Source of the DNA: a virus
Taxonomy: Duplodnaviria; Caudoviricetes
Reading direction: 5' to 3' (one strand)
IMG/VR virus record: IMGVR_UViG_3300032277_000041
Coordinates: 1-33,957 of that record
DNA: 33,957 nt
The notes below the pieces were generated by a model. The model ran no database searches, was not told the origin of the DNA, and was given only the letters and a program-made list of their open reading frames with translations. A program made the translations under genes and the position numbers. Below, piece after piece: positions 16,073 to 25,532 of the stretch; within the stretch, counting starts at the first letter, position 1, and the number at the start of each line of letters is the position of its first letter.

Positions 16073-18327
16073 GATGCAGGCCTGATGGTGGTAGAGGAGG
16101 CGCGACCGTACGTGCCATATTGGGCATCGTATTGTCTAGCTAGATCATCGAACGGGTTCGACCGCACCAGCGCCTGCGACCTGCGTGGCCTGGTCGACAT
16201 CATCGCGAGGCGATCCGACTCTCGCGCGACCGCAGCCTGACCGTTGGTGGCTGTGCGTGCTGAACTAGACGATCGGCTCTGGCGACCGCTGAAAATGTCC
16301 TGAGCCGCTGCTCCAACCGCTGCGCCGCCGCCTGCGCCTACTGCTGCTCCGAGAGGCCCGCCCAAAGCAAATCCCGCGACGCCGCCGATCAAGGCACCGA
16401 TGCGTGCGCCGCGCTGCTCCTCGTCGCCCTTGAAGATCTCGCGCAGCACCTCACCGAGAGCCTTAGCAATGGCGACCGGTAGCTCGACAAGCAACGCGAA
16501 GAAAATCTGAGGCGCTGCCTCGATCAGCGCTGGGATGAGGTTCTGGATCAACGAGATCGCAAAGTTCGGGAGCACTTGACCGATCAGCTCTGGCAGCGCC
16601 TCGATGGCAGTGAGCAGTCCAGCCTGCAAGCCCTTCAGCGACTCCTTGATCCCCTTGACGCCCTGCTCACCAATGAACTGCAGACCCGAGACGGCAGCGC
16701 CTGCGACACCGAGACCTGCTCTGCCTGTCGCACCTGCGATGGAGGAAATCGCACCGCCTGCATCGCCTCCGAGCACCTGCGTTCCGACTGCGATGCCTGT
16801 CTGCGCGCCTTCAAACAGGCGTGCCCTCCTGGCTGCGTCAATCTCAGCCTGGCTTGGTCCGATAGGGTCACCAGCGCGACCGACCAGCGTAGGACCGCCT
16901 GCTGCTGCTGCTGCGATTGCTGCAAGGTCGGAACGGGTGCGACTGTCTACAGTCGACACGATTTGTCGACTGGGTATCTTGTCCTTGTCCTTGTCCTTGT
17001 TTTTGTCTTCGTCTTTGTCCTCATCGCCATCGCTACCGCTGGGAGTGACTCCACCTGCATTGATCTCGGCTGACAGTTCGCGCAGTCTGAAGACCTCTTG
17101 CGCGCCTGTCGTCAGCGCCTCCTCCGCACCTCGAAACCCTGCAGTCACTGCGGCCTCTGGCAGACTCCCTGTCATCGCGCTTGCGACCGCTGCTGGCACT
17201 GCCTTCGCTGAGTCTAGCAACTGATCTAGGTGATCTTGGAAGGTAGCTATACCGGCGGTGAAGTCCCCGTTCTTGATCTGCTCTAAACCAACCAGCATAG
17301 TCTCGATGGAACCGATAAAGCTCTCGAATGGCGCGCGCATTCGAGTCTCTGCGTTTTCCATGCCCTCGACGAAACCGTTGATAGCTCCCTTGGCAAAATG
17401 GAAGCTGAGAATCATAATCTCAGTAAATGTGTTCAGCTTTTCTGTACCATCGATCATGTCGAAAATCTGAGCCTTCAGACCAGCCATCACGGTTTCAAGT
17501 TGCGCCGTTGCGCGCTGCCAGGCCCCAGCCTCTGCCGCTGCCTTCGGTCCGACCTTGACACCGAACTCCTTGGCTAGTGCAACAAAGGACTCTAGCTCTG
17601 TTCCACTCAAAGCCTGCAGCAGTTTCCCTGCAGACCTACCGAGAGTGTCATTCGCTAGCGAAGATCGCAGCGCGCTTGTCTCCATCTCGTTCAGCGCTGC
17701 AAGCGTCTCGCGAAACACTACATCCCCATCGCGCAATTCTCCGGTGAGTTCATCGCGGACCGAGACGCCAAGCGCCTCAAATGCGTCTGCAGTCTTGTTG
17801 CCTCCATCGGCAGCGGCAGTCAGGTGTCGACCGAACTGATCGAGGCCAGACGTCAACGCAGAAAACGACAGGCCCGATCCCTCTGCTGCGAGGCGCAGTC
17901 CCTGCAGCGTGTCGGTCGCGATGCCAGATCGAGTTGAGGCGTCAGTGATGTCGTTCCGTAGGTCTGCGATCTCCTGCCCAAAAGCCTTCAAAGCACCGAC
18001 AGCAGACGTGACGGAACCGAGCAGCATGGTCCCGCCCATCGCGACAGCGAGACCAGCCACCCCACCTGCCAGGCCAGACACACCACCGAGCGCGCCGCGC
18101 AGACCTGTCGCCATGCCGCGCAGGCCACCGGTCGCAGTCTTCGATCGGCGGTTCATCGTTGTGATCTGGCGACCAGTCTGGACGGATTCATCACCGAGGT
18201 GATCGACCGCGCGCGCAGTCTCCTTGGTCTGATTTTCAAGCTTGCGCGAACCGTCGACCGCTGACCGGGTGCCAGCCTTGGTCCGGTCTGTCAGCTTGAT
18301 CAGATATTCGACGGTCCCGTCTGCCAT
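16069..18327 (-). CDS. Tape measure protein
   Basis: 752 aa, Ala/Gly-rich helical; DASTRSGIATDTLQGL and FEALGVSVRD motifs; follows the chaperone genes. Confidence 0.9.
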   Translation of the reverse strand: MADGTVEYLIKLTDRTKAGTRSAVDGSRKLENQTKETARAVDHLGDESVQTGRQITTMNRRSKTATGGLRGMATGLRGALGGVSGLAGGVAGLAVAMGGTMLLGSVTSAVGALKAFGQEIADLRNDITDASTRSGIATDTLQGLRLAAEGSGLSFSALTSGLDQFGRHLTAAADGGNKTADAFEALGVSVRDELTGELRDGDVVFRETLAALNEMETSALRSSLANDTLGRSAGKLLQALSGTELESFVALAKEFGVKVGPKAAAEAGAWQRATAQLETVMAGLKAQIFDMIDGTEKLNTFTEIMILSFHFAKGAINGFVEGMENAETRMRAPFESFIGSIETMLVGLEQIKNGDFTAGIATFQDHLDQLLDSAKAVPAAVASAMTGSLPEAAVTAGFRGAEEALTTGAQEVFRLRELSAEINAGGVTPSGSDGDEDKDEDKNKDKDKDKIPSRQIVSTVDSRTRSDLAAIAAAAAGGPTLVGRAGDPIGPSQAEIDAARRARLFEGAQTGIAVGTQVLGGDAGGAISSIAGATGRAGLGVAGAAVSGLQFIGEQGVKGIKESLKGLQAGLLTAIEALPELIGQVLPNFAISLIQNLIPALIEAAPQIFFALLVELPVAIAKALGEVLREIFKGDEEQRGARIGALIGGVAGFALGGPLGAAVGAGGGAAVGAAAQDIFSGRQSRSSSSARTATNGQAAVARESDRLAMMSTRPRRSQALVRSNPFDDLARQYDAQYGTYGRASSTTIRPAS

Positions 18328-18331
18328 TTTG

Positions 18332-18559
18332 CTAGCTCCCTGGCGCGGGCATCACCCACATGCAGTTGTCGCCGTTTCGCTGCAGCCATTGGCGCTGGGT
18401 CTCAGCACCAGCACCTGCGCACAATCGAGAGAGTAGCAGATCGAGCCATTGCGCGAGGATCGGATCTTCATCCGGTCGCACGACCCACCGGCTCGGAGTC
18501 TGCCCGTACCGTCTCGCCATCTCGTCCAGTTGATGCAGCAGCCTTGGATCTTTCGCGAA
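18332..18559 (-). CDS. Tail assembly chaperone extension (gpT-like), probably made by frameshift
   Basis: Overlaps the chaperone ORF in the +1 frame and fills the gap to the tape measure gene; contains MARRYGQTPS. Confidence 0.6.
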   Translation of the reverse strand, partial: FAKDPRLLHQLDEMARRYGQTPSRWVVRPDEDPILAQWLDLLLSRLCAGAGAETQRQWLQRNGDNCMWVMPAPGS

Positions 18560-18968
18560 ATCGTAGTGCACGCGCAGCCGCCTCTGCGTAGCTACCGATC
18601 CCGACTCCTGCGATGGTCCCGACATCATGCAGCGGCAGTCGACCGACCCAGACCCGCTTGGGATCGACCTCGATGTTCTCGTCTGCCTTCGCTAGCACGA
18701 GGATCACTGGCTCTGGCTCACAATCTGGCTGACGCATTTGAGAGACGGTCAGGCAGGCGATGATCTGCAGGTGCTGCAGGTCTGCCGTCACTGGCTCGCG
18801 CGATGGCTTGTCTTCACCATTGAGCCCAGCAACCAGCCCAAACAGCGTGGAAGCATGGGCGTCGAAGTCAGCAGGCGCGAGAGGATCGCACCCAAAGTCG
18901 AACCGGGTTCCGAGACCGTCAGTCTCCACCCAGGTCGGCTCGGTCAGTGCTGCAAAGTCGATCGGCAT
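18468..18968 (-). CDS. Tail assembly chaperone (gpG-like)
   Basis: Lies between the tail tube and tape measure genes. Confidence 0.7.
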   Translation of the reverse strand: MPIDFAALTEPTWVETDGLGTRFDFGCDPLAPADFDAHASTLFGLVAGLNGEDKPSREPVTADLQHLQIIACLTVSQMRQPDCEPEPVILVLAKADENIEVDPKRVWVGRLPLHDVGTIAGVGIGSYAEAAARALRFRERSKAAASTGRDGETVRADSEPVGRATG

Positions 18969-19936
18969 CAGGAAGCCAGCGCAGAGCTATCGTCGTTGAC
19001 GACCACGAACTGCACCGGGGGATCGGTGCCATCGTCGCGAGGCTCAAAGATCGCAGTCTCCTCGTTGAGTCCGACTGACTGCGCGTTGATGACGACCGCT
19101 TCAGGCACGAGCGCATTGAACAGGTTGATGCGGACCTGGTCAGTGCCGTCGGTGAACGTGATGTCACCGTCGCTCTCGGTGCCTGCGGTCTGAGCATCAG
19201 CCCAGTTGTCATTCGTTTTGTACCGGGTCACGCTCAGTCGCGCGTTCCGAATGCCAGTGACTGCAGCGCCAGTGAGGCTCGACGATCCGAACCCGCGCAG
19301 GCCCTCGACTGCGTTTTCCAGATCAAGCGAGATGGAGCGCGGCGTGTAGTCAACGGAGTTCCACTGCCAGCGATTCGCCTGGTGGTAGATGACCGGGTTC
19401 TCGTGTGCCGACAGCGATGGCGTCGGTGCAGCGCCTGGTGTGCTGGACATCGCCACGAAGTTTATCGACAAGCGCATCAGGCCTGGAGTCTCAGCAGACA
19501 GCGTCGCGGATGTGACCCGAGCACCTGCGATGACGTCTCCACGCTGCAGCGCGCCGGAGCTAGAAAGCGTGTCGCGGGCAGTCCGCAGTGTGATCGATGG
19601 AGGCTCTGCGCCAGGGTTCAGTACGTGGGTGTACGGTCCCGATCCCGTGGTCGACCAAGTGCCACCGACGCAGGCCTGCAGAAATGAGGTCAGCGCACCG
19701 CCCTCGTAGTAGCAGATCACTTCGAGAGATCCCGAGACCTCGACCTGCTCTAGGTACCGTGCTTTCAGGTAGCTAGTCGTGCCGAGCGCAAGGTCATCGA
19801 TCCGCGTGCGAGTGCTCGCGACGTTCAGACTGAGTGAAGCCAGACGCGCCCACAACGCAGCAGCGACTGCGGTGCCTTCGGTCGACTCGAATCCGATTCC
19901 TACAGCGGCATTTCTGCCCAGATATACAGCGGCCAT
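18968..19936 (-). CDS. Major tail tube protein
   Basis: N-terminal GRNAAVGIGFESTEGTAV and GPYTH motifs; size and position fit a siphovirus tail tube. Confidence 0.8.
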   Translation of the reverse strand: MAAVYLGRNAAVGIGFESTEGTAVAAALWARLASLSLNVASTRTRIDDLALGTTSYLKARYLEQVEVSGSLEVICYYEGGALTSFLQACVGGTWSTTGSGPYTHVLNPGAEPPSITLRTARDTLSSSGALQRGDVIAGARVTSATLSAETPGLMRLSINFVAMSSTPGAAPTPSLSAHENPVIYHQANRWQWNSVDYTPRSISLDLENAVEGLRGFGSSSLTGAAVTGIRNARLSVTRYKTNDNWADAQTAGTESDGDITFTDGTDQVRINLFNALVPEAVVINAQSVGLNEETAIFEPRDDGTDPPVQFVVVNDDSSALAS

Positions 19937-19938
19937 GG

Positions 19939-20706
19939 TCAGGTCTCCTCGGCAGTTTGAGCAATGCGCAGTGCAGGGAACAGCAGCACTCGCGAGTATG
20001 AAGTGGTAACAGTGATCTCGTCAATATAGTCGGCATCGTTGACGCTGCCGGTGACCCACATGTAGACGATTGTGCGTCCATCGTATTCCGAGCAGCGCGT
20101 GTTGGCTGGCGTATTTCCTGAGTTGAACGCACTGCCGTCGTTGCGGGTAGCTACGGTGACGAAGGCGATGGTCTCTAGATCTGCGCTACCGTTGAGAGGC
20201 ACCGCCTGCCGTTTGAGGTGCTCGGTCACATCGAACCCGATCCAGCCTGACTGCCCCGGTGGCCAGGCGTACCGACTGCGCGGCACATCCTCACCTACCG
20301 GTGGTGATTCGGCGCGGATGATGACTGAACCAGGCGCGGGTCTGCACGCGAGGACAGTTCCAATCTTGGCGCTGCTGACTGTGAACGATGAGGCAGTGTC
20401 TGTCGGGCTGGACTCGCCCCAGTACAGATACAGGATCACCGTCGCGTCTGCGCTGTCAGGAGTCCAGTCGTTGACCTCGAGGATTGCACTGCGCGCTGCG
20501 TGGTCCCACGTGTCACGCGACCAGGTCAGCAGGGTCGTCCCATCCGAATCGCAGACCTTGATGTCATGGCCATTCGTCGCGACGTTCGACCAGAATGCGC
20601 CCCAGTCAGACGGGATCGTGATGGCGACGTCGATGGTCGACGCGCCTCCGATGTTGTTGACCGTGACTGGTGCGCGCCACTGCGAATTTGCGTTGAACCA
20701 CGACAT
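19939..20706 (-). CDS. DUF2341-like domain virion protein
   Basis: W...WRAPVTV...NGHDIKVCDSDGTTLL.W...W...ILYLYWG matches the DUF2341 pattern. Confidence 0.7.
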   Translation of the reverse strand: MSWFNANSQWRAPVTVNNIGGASTIDVAITIPSDWGAFWSNVATNGHDIKVCDSDGTTLLTWSRDTWDHAARSAILEVNDWTPDSADATVILYLYWGESSPTDTASSFTVSSAKIGTVLACRPAPGSVIIRAESPPVGEDVPRSRYAWPPGQSGWIGFDVTEHLKRQAVPLNGSADLETIAFVTVATRNDGSAFNSGNTPANTRCSEYDGRTIVYMWVTGSVNDADYIDEITVTTSYSRVLLFPALRIAQTAEET

Positions 20707-20707
20707 G

Positions 20708-21178
20708 CTAAGTCCTCGACCAGAAAAGCTGCAGGGTCATCGCGACGTAGGCATCGCGACTGCGACCGTCGACCTCTGGGCCAGTCACGATCTCCGTATC
20801 GACCGAGAGGTCATGCACTGCTGCCGCACCCAGGTTGCGAGACGAGTGTAGCGCGAGGATGATGTCAGCTTCCAGATTGTTTGCTGCAGCTACCGCCGTG
20901 CCAGGCTGCGACCCTCCGGTCACGACTCCGAGCAGATCGATCGACAAGGTCTGCCCGTACTGCGAGAGGTCTGCGCCCTGACCGCCTCGCACATCCTGCC
21001 GACCTCCGAGGTAGAACGCGACGTATGGTCGGACCCGCGAGATCGGAGGACCGGCCAGATCTAGCTGCTCCACCTGACCCGTTCCGCTGAGGTCGTAGGT
21101 GTACGAGCCCGATCCATCGATCCCAGACAGCACCGTCGACAGCGCGCTCGCAATCGTGTTGCGGTTCGTCGTAGTCAT
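20708..21178 (-). CDS. Tail terminator/completion protein
   Basis: 156 aa; position in the head-tail cluster. Confidence 0.6.
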   Translation of the reverse strand: MTTTNRNTIASALSTVLSGIDGSGSYTYDLSGTGQVEQLDLAGPPISRVRPYVAFYLGGRQDVRGGQGADLSQYGQTLSIDLLGVVTGGSQPGTAVAAANNLEADIILALHSSRNLGAAAVHDLSVDTEIVTGPEVDGRSRDAYVAMTLQLFWSRT

Positions 21179-21852
21179 CGCGCCTCTCCGGTGATGCTGC
21201 CTGGTACGTCCATCGCTACCCTAACTGCGTCATCCAGTGTGCGCGGCACCTCGCGACGGGTAGCTAGCCAGGCTTTCTGGGCAAACTTGGATGCGGGTAT
21301 CGTCGTCTTTTTCCGCAGCCACCATCGCACCACCCCGTCTGCATTCTTCTTGTCCTCGATCAGTGCAGCCAATCCGAAAAACAAGTATTGGAAACGCAGT
21401 GGGTTCGGGTAGTCTCGTGGCGACGCGTAACGAGCAGCGCCGCCGGGCGTCTTCACGCTGTCGGTAGGAATGGCGAGCCACTTGGCCCTGACCGGTCGCA
21501 CTACGCCACCCTGATCTTGAATGCGCGCATAGATCAGATTCTTCCCACCGGTGCGACCGCCTGCCGACAGAAACACCGACAGCGGCGCACCCTGCATGGC
21601 GCGACCGCTGGTCTCAACCTGTGAAGATACACCCTCGACTCTAGCTAGCGTGCGACCTGTCTGGACTACCCGGCCTGCGATGCTGCGTCGGAGTGCGCCG
21701 GTCCTCGACCGTGGGTTCTTCGTCGCGTTTCCGACTGCGCGTGACTGCATCTTTAGCGCCAGCGCGGTCGCCCTGCGTTGGAGTACCCGTGCCAGGCGCG
21801 GTCCTGCATTCTCGCAGCGACGCTCCCACTCCTCGACAGACAGTCGCTCCAT
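21175..21852 (-). CDS. Neck/tail completion protein (HK97 gp10-like)
   Basis: Basic; RTGALRRSI, YARIQDQGG and IPASKF motifs. Confidence 0.7.
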   Translation of the reverse strand: MERLSVEEWERRCENAGPRLARVLQRRATALALKMQSRAVGNATKNPRSRTGALRRSIAGRVVQTGRTLARVEGVSSQVETSGRAMQGAPLSVFLSAGGRTGGKNLIYARIQDQGGVVRPVRAKWLAIPTDSVKTPGGAARYASPRDYPNPLRFQYLFFGLAALIEDKKNADGVVRWWLRKKTTIPASKFAQKAWLATRREVPRTLDDAVRVAMDVPGSITGEAR

Positions 21853-22454
21853 CAGGGAACCGCGAGTCGATAGTCCGTCAGCATCTCGCGGACTTCAGGC
21901 AGCAGCGACAGCGGAGAAACAGACCGAGAGCCTGCGCGGGTCTGCGTGCTGGTCGACCCTGCTGCAGACGTGTTGCCGATGACGTGAATGCACTGCACGA
22001 TGGCTGCATCAGTCAGCGTCGGATGGTTTGCGATCGTGTGCCCTGCAGACACGATCACTTTGTTTGCGCGGTGAGCTAGCGACCAGGAGTGCGTCGCGTC
22101 CACCAGTAGCTCGATGCGCCGTTCGTTCTTGACGTACTCGCTCGCAGCGAGCAGCGTATCATCGCCATAGTCCTGTTCAGGATCGACGTGCACCGATGTG
22201 ATGGAGAGGATCGGAGGAGTCGGGAGCACTGCGACGTTGGCATCATCTTCGAGGCCTAGATCGTAGCGACCAGGGAACACGGTGTAGGTAGCCGCCTCCA
22301 TGGTCTGCGCGCCCGAGTCCGGTTGTGGATGGAGGCAGTACCGGGCGAAGGCTGCATCGATCCGAGCTAGGAGCGTCGTGATGGTCGAGTCGTCTGCGGA
22401 CGAGAGCGACGGTGCAAGTGCTCGCACCTGCGCTGCGGTAGCTAGCGCCATCAT
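21852..22454 (-). CDS. Head-tail adaptor/connector
   Basis: LATAAQVR...PILSITSV...LLPEVREMLTDYR, typical of gp6/gp15-like adaptors. Confidence 0.75.
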   Translation of the reverse strand: MMALATAAQVRALAPSLSSADDSTITTLLARIDAAFARYCLHPQPDSGAQTMEAATYTVFPGRYDLGLEDDANVAVLPTPPILSITSVHVDPEQDYGDDTLLAASEYVKNERRIELLVDATHSWSLAHRANKVIVSAGHTIANHPTLTDAAIVQCIHVIGNTSAAGSTSTQTRAGSRSVSPLSLLPEVREMLTDYRLAVP

Positions 22455-22669
22455 TCACCCCTGAGCAAATCGCGAGACCGTTGGTCGATGGCGTCAAGCA
22501 CCTCTGAGCGTCGCAGGGTCTGCGATTCGCAAACCCGCAACGCAGAGAGGTTCCGATCGAGCGAACCAGAATCGATCCGCTTGATCAGTGACTGCGCCCC
22601 CCTGGCCATCTCGCGAAGCGAGACAGCAGGGGTCGAGACAGTGCCTCGAATGGCGCGATCGAAGACCAT
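22451..22669 (-). CDS. Small hypothetical protein (72 aa)
   Basis: Stop/start overlaps on both sides; E...RRSEVLDAIDQR motif seen in small post-capsid phage proteins. Confidence 0.6.
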   Translation of the reverse strand: MVFDRAIRGTVSTPAVSLREMARGAQSLIKRIDSGSLDRNLSALRVCESQTLRRSEVLDAIDQRSRDLLRGE

Positions 22670-23070
22670 CAGTCAGCGCGCACCCGTTGCAGGGTGACAG
22701 CGCAGAGGCCCTTGACTGCGATGCCAGATCCAGCCTTCGTGAGAGCCACCTTGACCAGCCCGCCCTCTGCCACAAGGTTAGACCCTGCTCCAGAAAGTGC
22801 GATTGGCTCGTTGGTGCCTGCGACGACATCGCCTGTACCGCTGGTCGATGTCACGATCGTCCCGAGAGAGACGCCCCCGACGGTGACCGTGAACGTCACG
22901 TTGTTGCTGTCGTTTGCGGTGATGGCGGCTTCAGGGATGAAGTCGACATTGGTGACCTGCGCCTTGCCGCCGAGACGGTTGATGGCGTACACGTCGCCAG
23001 CAGTGCCTGCGGTAGCAACCCCAGTAGGAAGCTGCATCACGGCGGTGCTAAACTCGTTTGATTGACTCAT
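22669..23070 (-). CDS. Putative capsid decoration protein
   Basis: 133 aa, Gly/Ala/Thr/Val-rich; immediately after the capsid gene. Confidence 0.6.
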   Translation of the reverse strand: MSQSNEFSTAVMQLPTGVATAGTAGDVYAINRLGGKAQVTNVDFIPEAAITANDSNNVTFTVTVGGVSLGTIVTSTSGTGDVVAGTNEPIALSGAGSNLVAEGGLVKVALTKAGSGIAVKGLCAVTLQRVRAD

Positions 23071-23078
23071 GGTAGACC

Positions 23079-24599
23079 TCAGACGCTCATGTTGTAGGCA
23101 TAGCGGACACCCTTGTCGCCAGCTTTGGTCAGATCCTTGAATCCAACCCGCTGACGGGCACGCATGTAGGTTCCAGCGACGGTGATGTCATTCTGGAGGG
23201 AGACGCTGGCACCGGCACGAAGGACGCGACGGAACATGCGGCGGTTCAGCACGACATACCCAGTCTTCGTCTTGGTCACGTTGTCGTAGACGCCAGATGC
23301 GTTCATGTCGGAGGTCATCGCGTCAGTCATGATGATCGGGTGACCTGCGATGCTGCCCACTTCACCGGCCGCGATTGGTGCCCGGTTGCCATAGTCGTTG
23401 GCGCTCACGATGCCAGACAAGCCAACAAAGTTCTTCAGGTAGCCTTCTGGACTCGTGATGATCGGCATGTCGCCAGGCACGCTGCGAGGTCCACCGACTG
23501 CGTTGATGTCAGCGAAGAGAGTCGCGAGGGAGTGCGTCGACCGGTTGACTCCATTGCTGTCATCGAGCGCGATGGAGCGCAGGCCCTGGAAGGTCCGACG
23601 GTAGTCGATGCTGCCAGCGTCCACTGCACCGAAGTAGCCACGGGTGTCCCAGCTAGCGATGGTGTCCTGGTGAGTCGCAGCGGTGTCGCCGTTCATCAGG
23701 CAGAGACGAAGGCCCATCGCGAGGCTGCGCGAGATGGCATCACGGATGAACGGGAAGGCAGCGACGATGGAGTCACTGGCTGCGTCCTCGTGGATCAGGA
23801 CCATCGTGTACATCGGGGATGCAGTGAGGGTCAGCTTGTTGGTTCCGACGCTGCCCTTGCTGAGTGCAGCAGGGTTGTCGCCAGTCGCTCCACCGCCCTT
23901 GTACGGCACGGGGTACGCGGTACCGACTGGAAGCTCGACGGATTCCGACTGAATGGTCAGGCTGTCGAAGAGACCGATGAAGCCATCGGGGTCGTACTCT
24001 TGGACCTGCCACAGTGGGCTGGCGAGCAACGGAGTCGGGATGAACTCGCCACCGCTGCCGTTCTGGTCGTCCCATGCCTTGCGGATCGGAGCAGGCATCT
24101 TGGACCAGGCGCGCTGCACGCGGTTCCACGCCTTGGTTTCTTTCCGCACAACTTCGGCGCGGTAGCCTTGGCCCCGATGATCGAAGGCGTCGCGACCGTG
24201 GCGTGCCACGCTGACGACGTAAAGCGATTCGCAGGCTTCGATGAGGTTGCGGTGCGCGTCGTTGAGCGGACGCGCAGCCAGCAGGCCATCGCTGTCGGAC
24301 CGGCAGAGAGAGGAATCGTCCGAGTCGTGACCGCGAAGGAATACGCGACCATCGGTGTCGACGAAGCGCTGCACGAGTTCGCGATCGGAACCGCCAACGG
24401 TGGCGAGCGGATCGTGGTTGCGCGCCTTGCTCTCTGCGAGTTCTTGACGCACGGTGCGCAGGTCGTCAGCCATCCGAGCGATCTGCTCAGTCTGCTCAGT
24501 GGACGATCGGGCTCCTGCATCTACCTTTTCGGCGAGTTGCTGGGCCTTTGTTGCAGTGGAGGCAGCGAAGGCCTGCCACTCGGCTTGGGTCTGGGGCAT
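23079..24599 (-). CDS. Major capsid protein (HK97 fold, N-terminal coiled-coil delta domain)
   Basis: Start MPQTQAEW after CCGGAG; GGEFIPTPL, LMNGD and GSIAGHPII motifs; follows the protease. Confidence 0.88.
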   Translation of the reverse strand: MPQTQAEWQAFAASTATKAQQLAEKVDAGARSSTEQTEQIARMADDLRTVRQELAESKARNHDPLATVGGSDRELVQRFVDTDGRVFLRGHDSDDSSLCRSDSDGLLAARPLNDAHRNLIEACESLYVVSVARHGRDAFDHRGQGYRAEVVRKETKAWNRVQRAWSKMPAPIRKAWDDQNGSGGEFIPTPLLASPLWQVQEYDPDGFIGLFDSLTIQSESVELPVGTAYPVPYKGGGATGDNPAALSKGSVGTNKLTLTASPMYTMVLIHEDAASDSIVAAFPFIRDAISRSLAMGLRLCLMNGDTAATHQDTIASWDTRGYFGAVDAGSIDYRRTFQGLRSIALDDSNGVNRSTHSLATLFADINAVGGPRSVPGDMPIITSPEGYLKNFVGLSGIVSANDYGNRAPIAAGEVGSIAGHPIIMTDAMTSDMNASGVYDNVTKTKTGYVVLNRRMFRRVLRAGASVSLQNDITVAGTYMRARQRVGFKDLTKAGDKGVRYAYNMSV

Positions 24600-24641
24600 T
24601 TTGTTTGCTCCGGTTGTGGTGAGGTGCCCAGCATGGGCGCA

Positions 24642-24666
24642 CCCATGTTCTATCACGGAACATGGG
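24642..24666. promoter_or_regulatory. Inverted repeat around a CGTGATA box upstream of the capsid gene
   Basis: CCCATGTTC-tatcacg-GAACATGGG. Confidence 0.5.
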
Positions 24667-24678
24667 AAAGGTGGAAAG

Positions 24679-25530
24679 TCAAGACCAGGGGAAAGTTGGT
24701 CCGTCGTTTGGCTGCGGTTTGTACGGCAGGCCGGTCGGCTTTTCTGCAGTCGATGCCTGCGCGACGTAGCTGCGCGCGAGTGCTGCGCGCGGGTTCATCG
24801 GCATCGGAGTCACCGAGGCTTCCAGCAGACGGGGCCGGACGTAGACTGCGCCCCTCGTGGAATACCTGGTGTCTTCTTCTGGCAGCGAGGCACGCGCGAT
24901 GACTGCTGCCGGTCGGAATCCGACCGAGACCGTGCGGAGTACGCCCTGCTCCAAAAGTGCTGCGACGGTCTGTGACAGTGGGTAGCTAGCCACGGGCGTC
25001 GGAATCAAGGTGCCGCGAAGCACGCCACCGGTTGCGCGCACGTTCGTCCACTTGCCGATCGGAGGCGCGGAGTAGTCGTGATTGTATGGCGCGACCGGGT
25101 TGCTCTTGAACTCGGACAGATCCCAGGTCTGCTCGACGATGTCGTCTGCCCGGTCTGGCGCTGCGTCGCTCATCACGAAGCGATAGGTCGGACGCTTTTC
25201 TTCGTCCTTGTCTCCTCGCTCCTCTTCCTCTTCGTCCATCGGCATCCCACCGAGGTCGTACCGTAGGACGGTTCTGTACGACAGGGAAAATGGCGACTCA
25301 CCGACCGAGCCTGCCAGGCGCTGCACCAGATCTGGATCGAGCAGTTGGTCAAGGTGCGGGACAGATCCACGCGCGACCGCGTACACGTCATCCGTCGTGC
25401 CACCGACAGACTCAGCCATGCGCGCGACCAGGTAGTCCTGCAGGCCCTCGCGGGTAGCCTCTCCGATCCAGCGGCGGATCGTATCAGCAGGCGTCGATGT
25501 GATGAAGATTGGTGCGGATGCGCTGCTCAT
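24679..25530 (-). CDS. HK97-type prohead protease
   Basis: DRADDIV, YNHD, PIG, SVGF and LLEASVTPMPMNPRA motifs. Confidence 0.9.
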   Translation of the reverse strand: MSSASAPIFITSTPADTIRRWIGEATREGLQDYLVARMAESVGGTTDDVYAVARGSVPHLDQLLDPDLVQRLAGSVGESPFSLSYRTVLRYDLGGMPMDEEEEERGDKDEEKRPTYRFVMSDAAPDRADDIVEQTWDLSEFKSNPVAPYNHDYSAPPIGKWTNVRATGGVLRGTLIPTPVASYPLSQTVAALLEQGVLRTVSVGFRPAAVIARASLPEEDTRYSTRGAVYVRPRLLEASVTPMPMNPRAALARSYVAQASTAEKPTGLPYKPQPNDGPTFPWS

Positions 25531-25532
25531 AG

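Noticed and set aside
16976-17030. TTGTCC-type tandem repeat in the tape measure gene
   Set aside because: Encodes a DEDKDEDKNKDKDKDK low-complexity linker in frame; ordinary slippage.
23340-24902. 520-aa plus-strand ORF, and similar long antisense ORFs at 2781-3509, 5618-6424, 8376-9209 and 20072-20851
   Set aside because: Antisense shadows of real genes in GC-rich DNA; no RBS or recognisable motifs.
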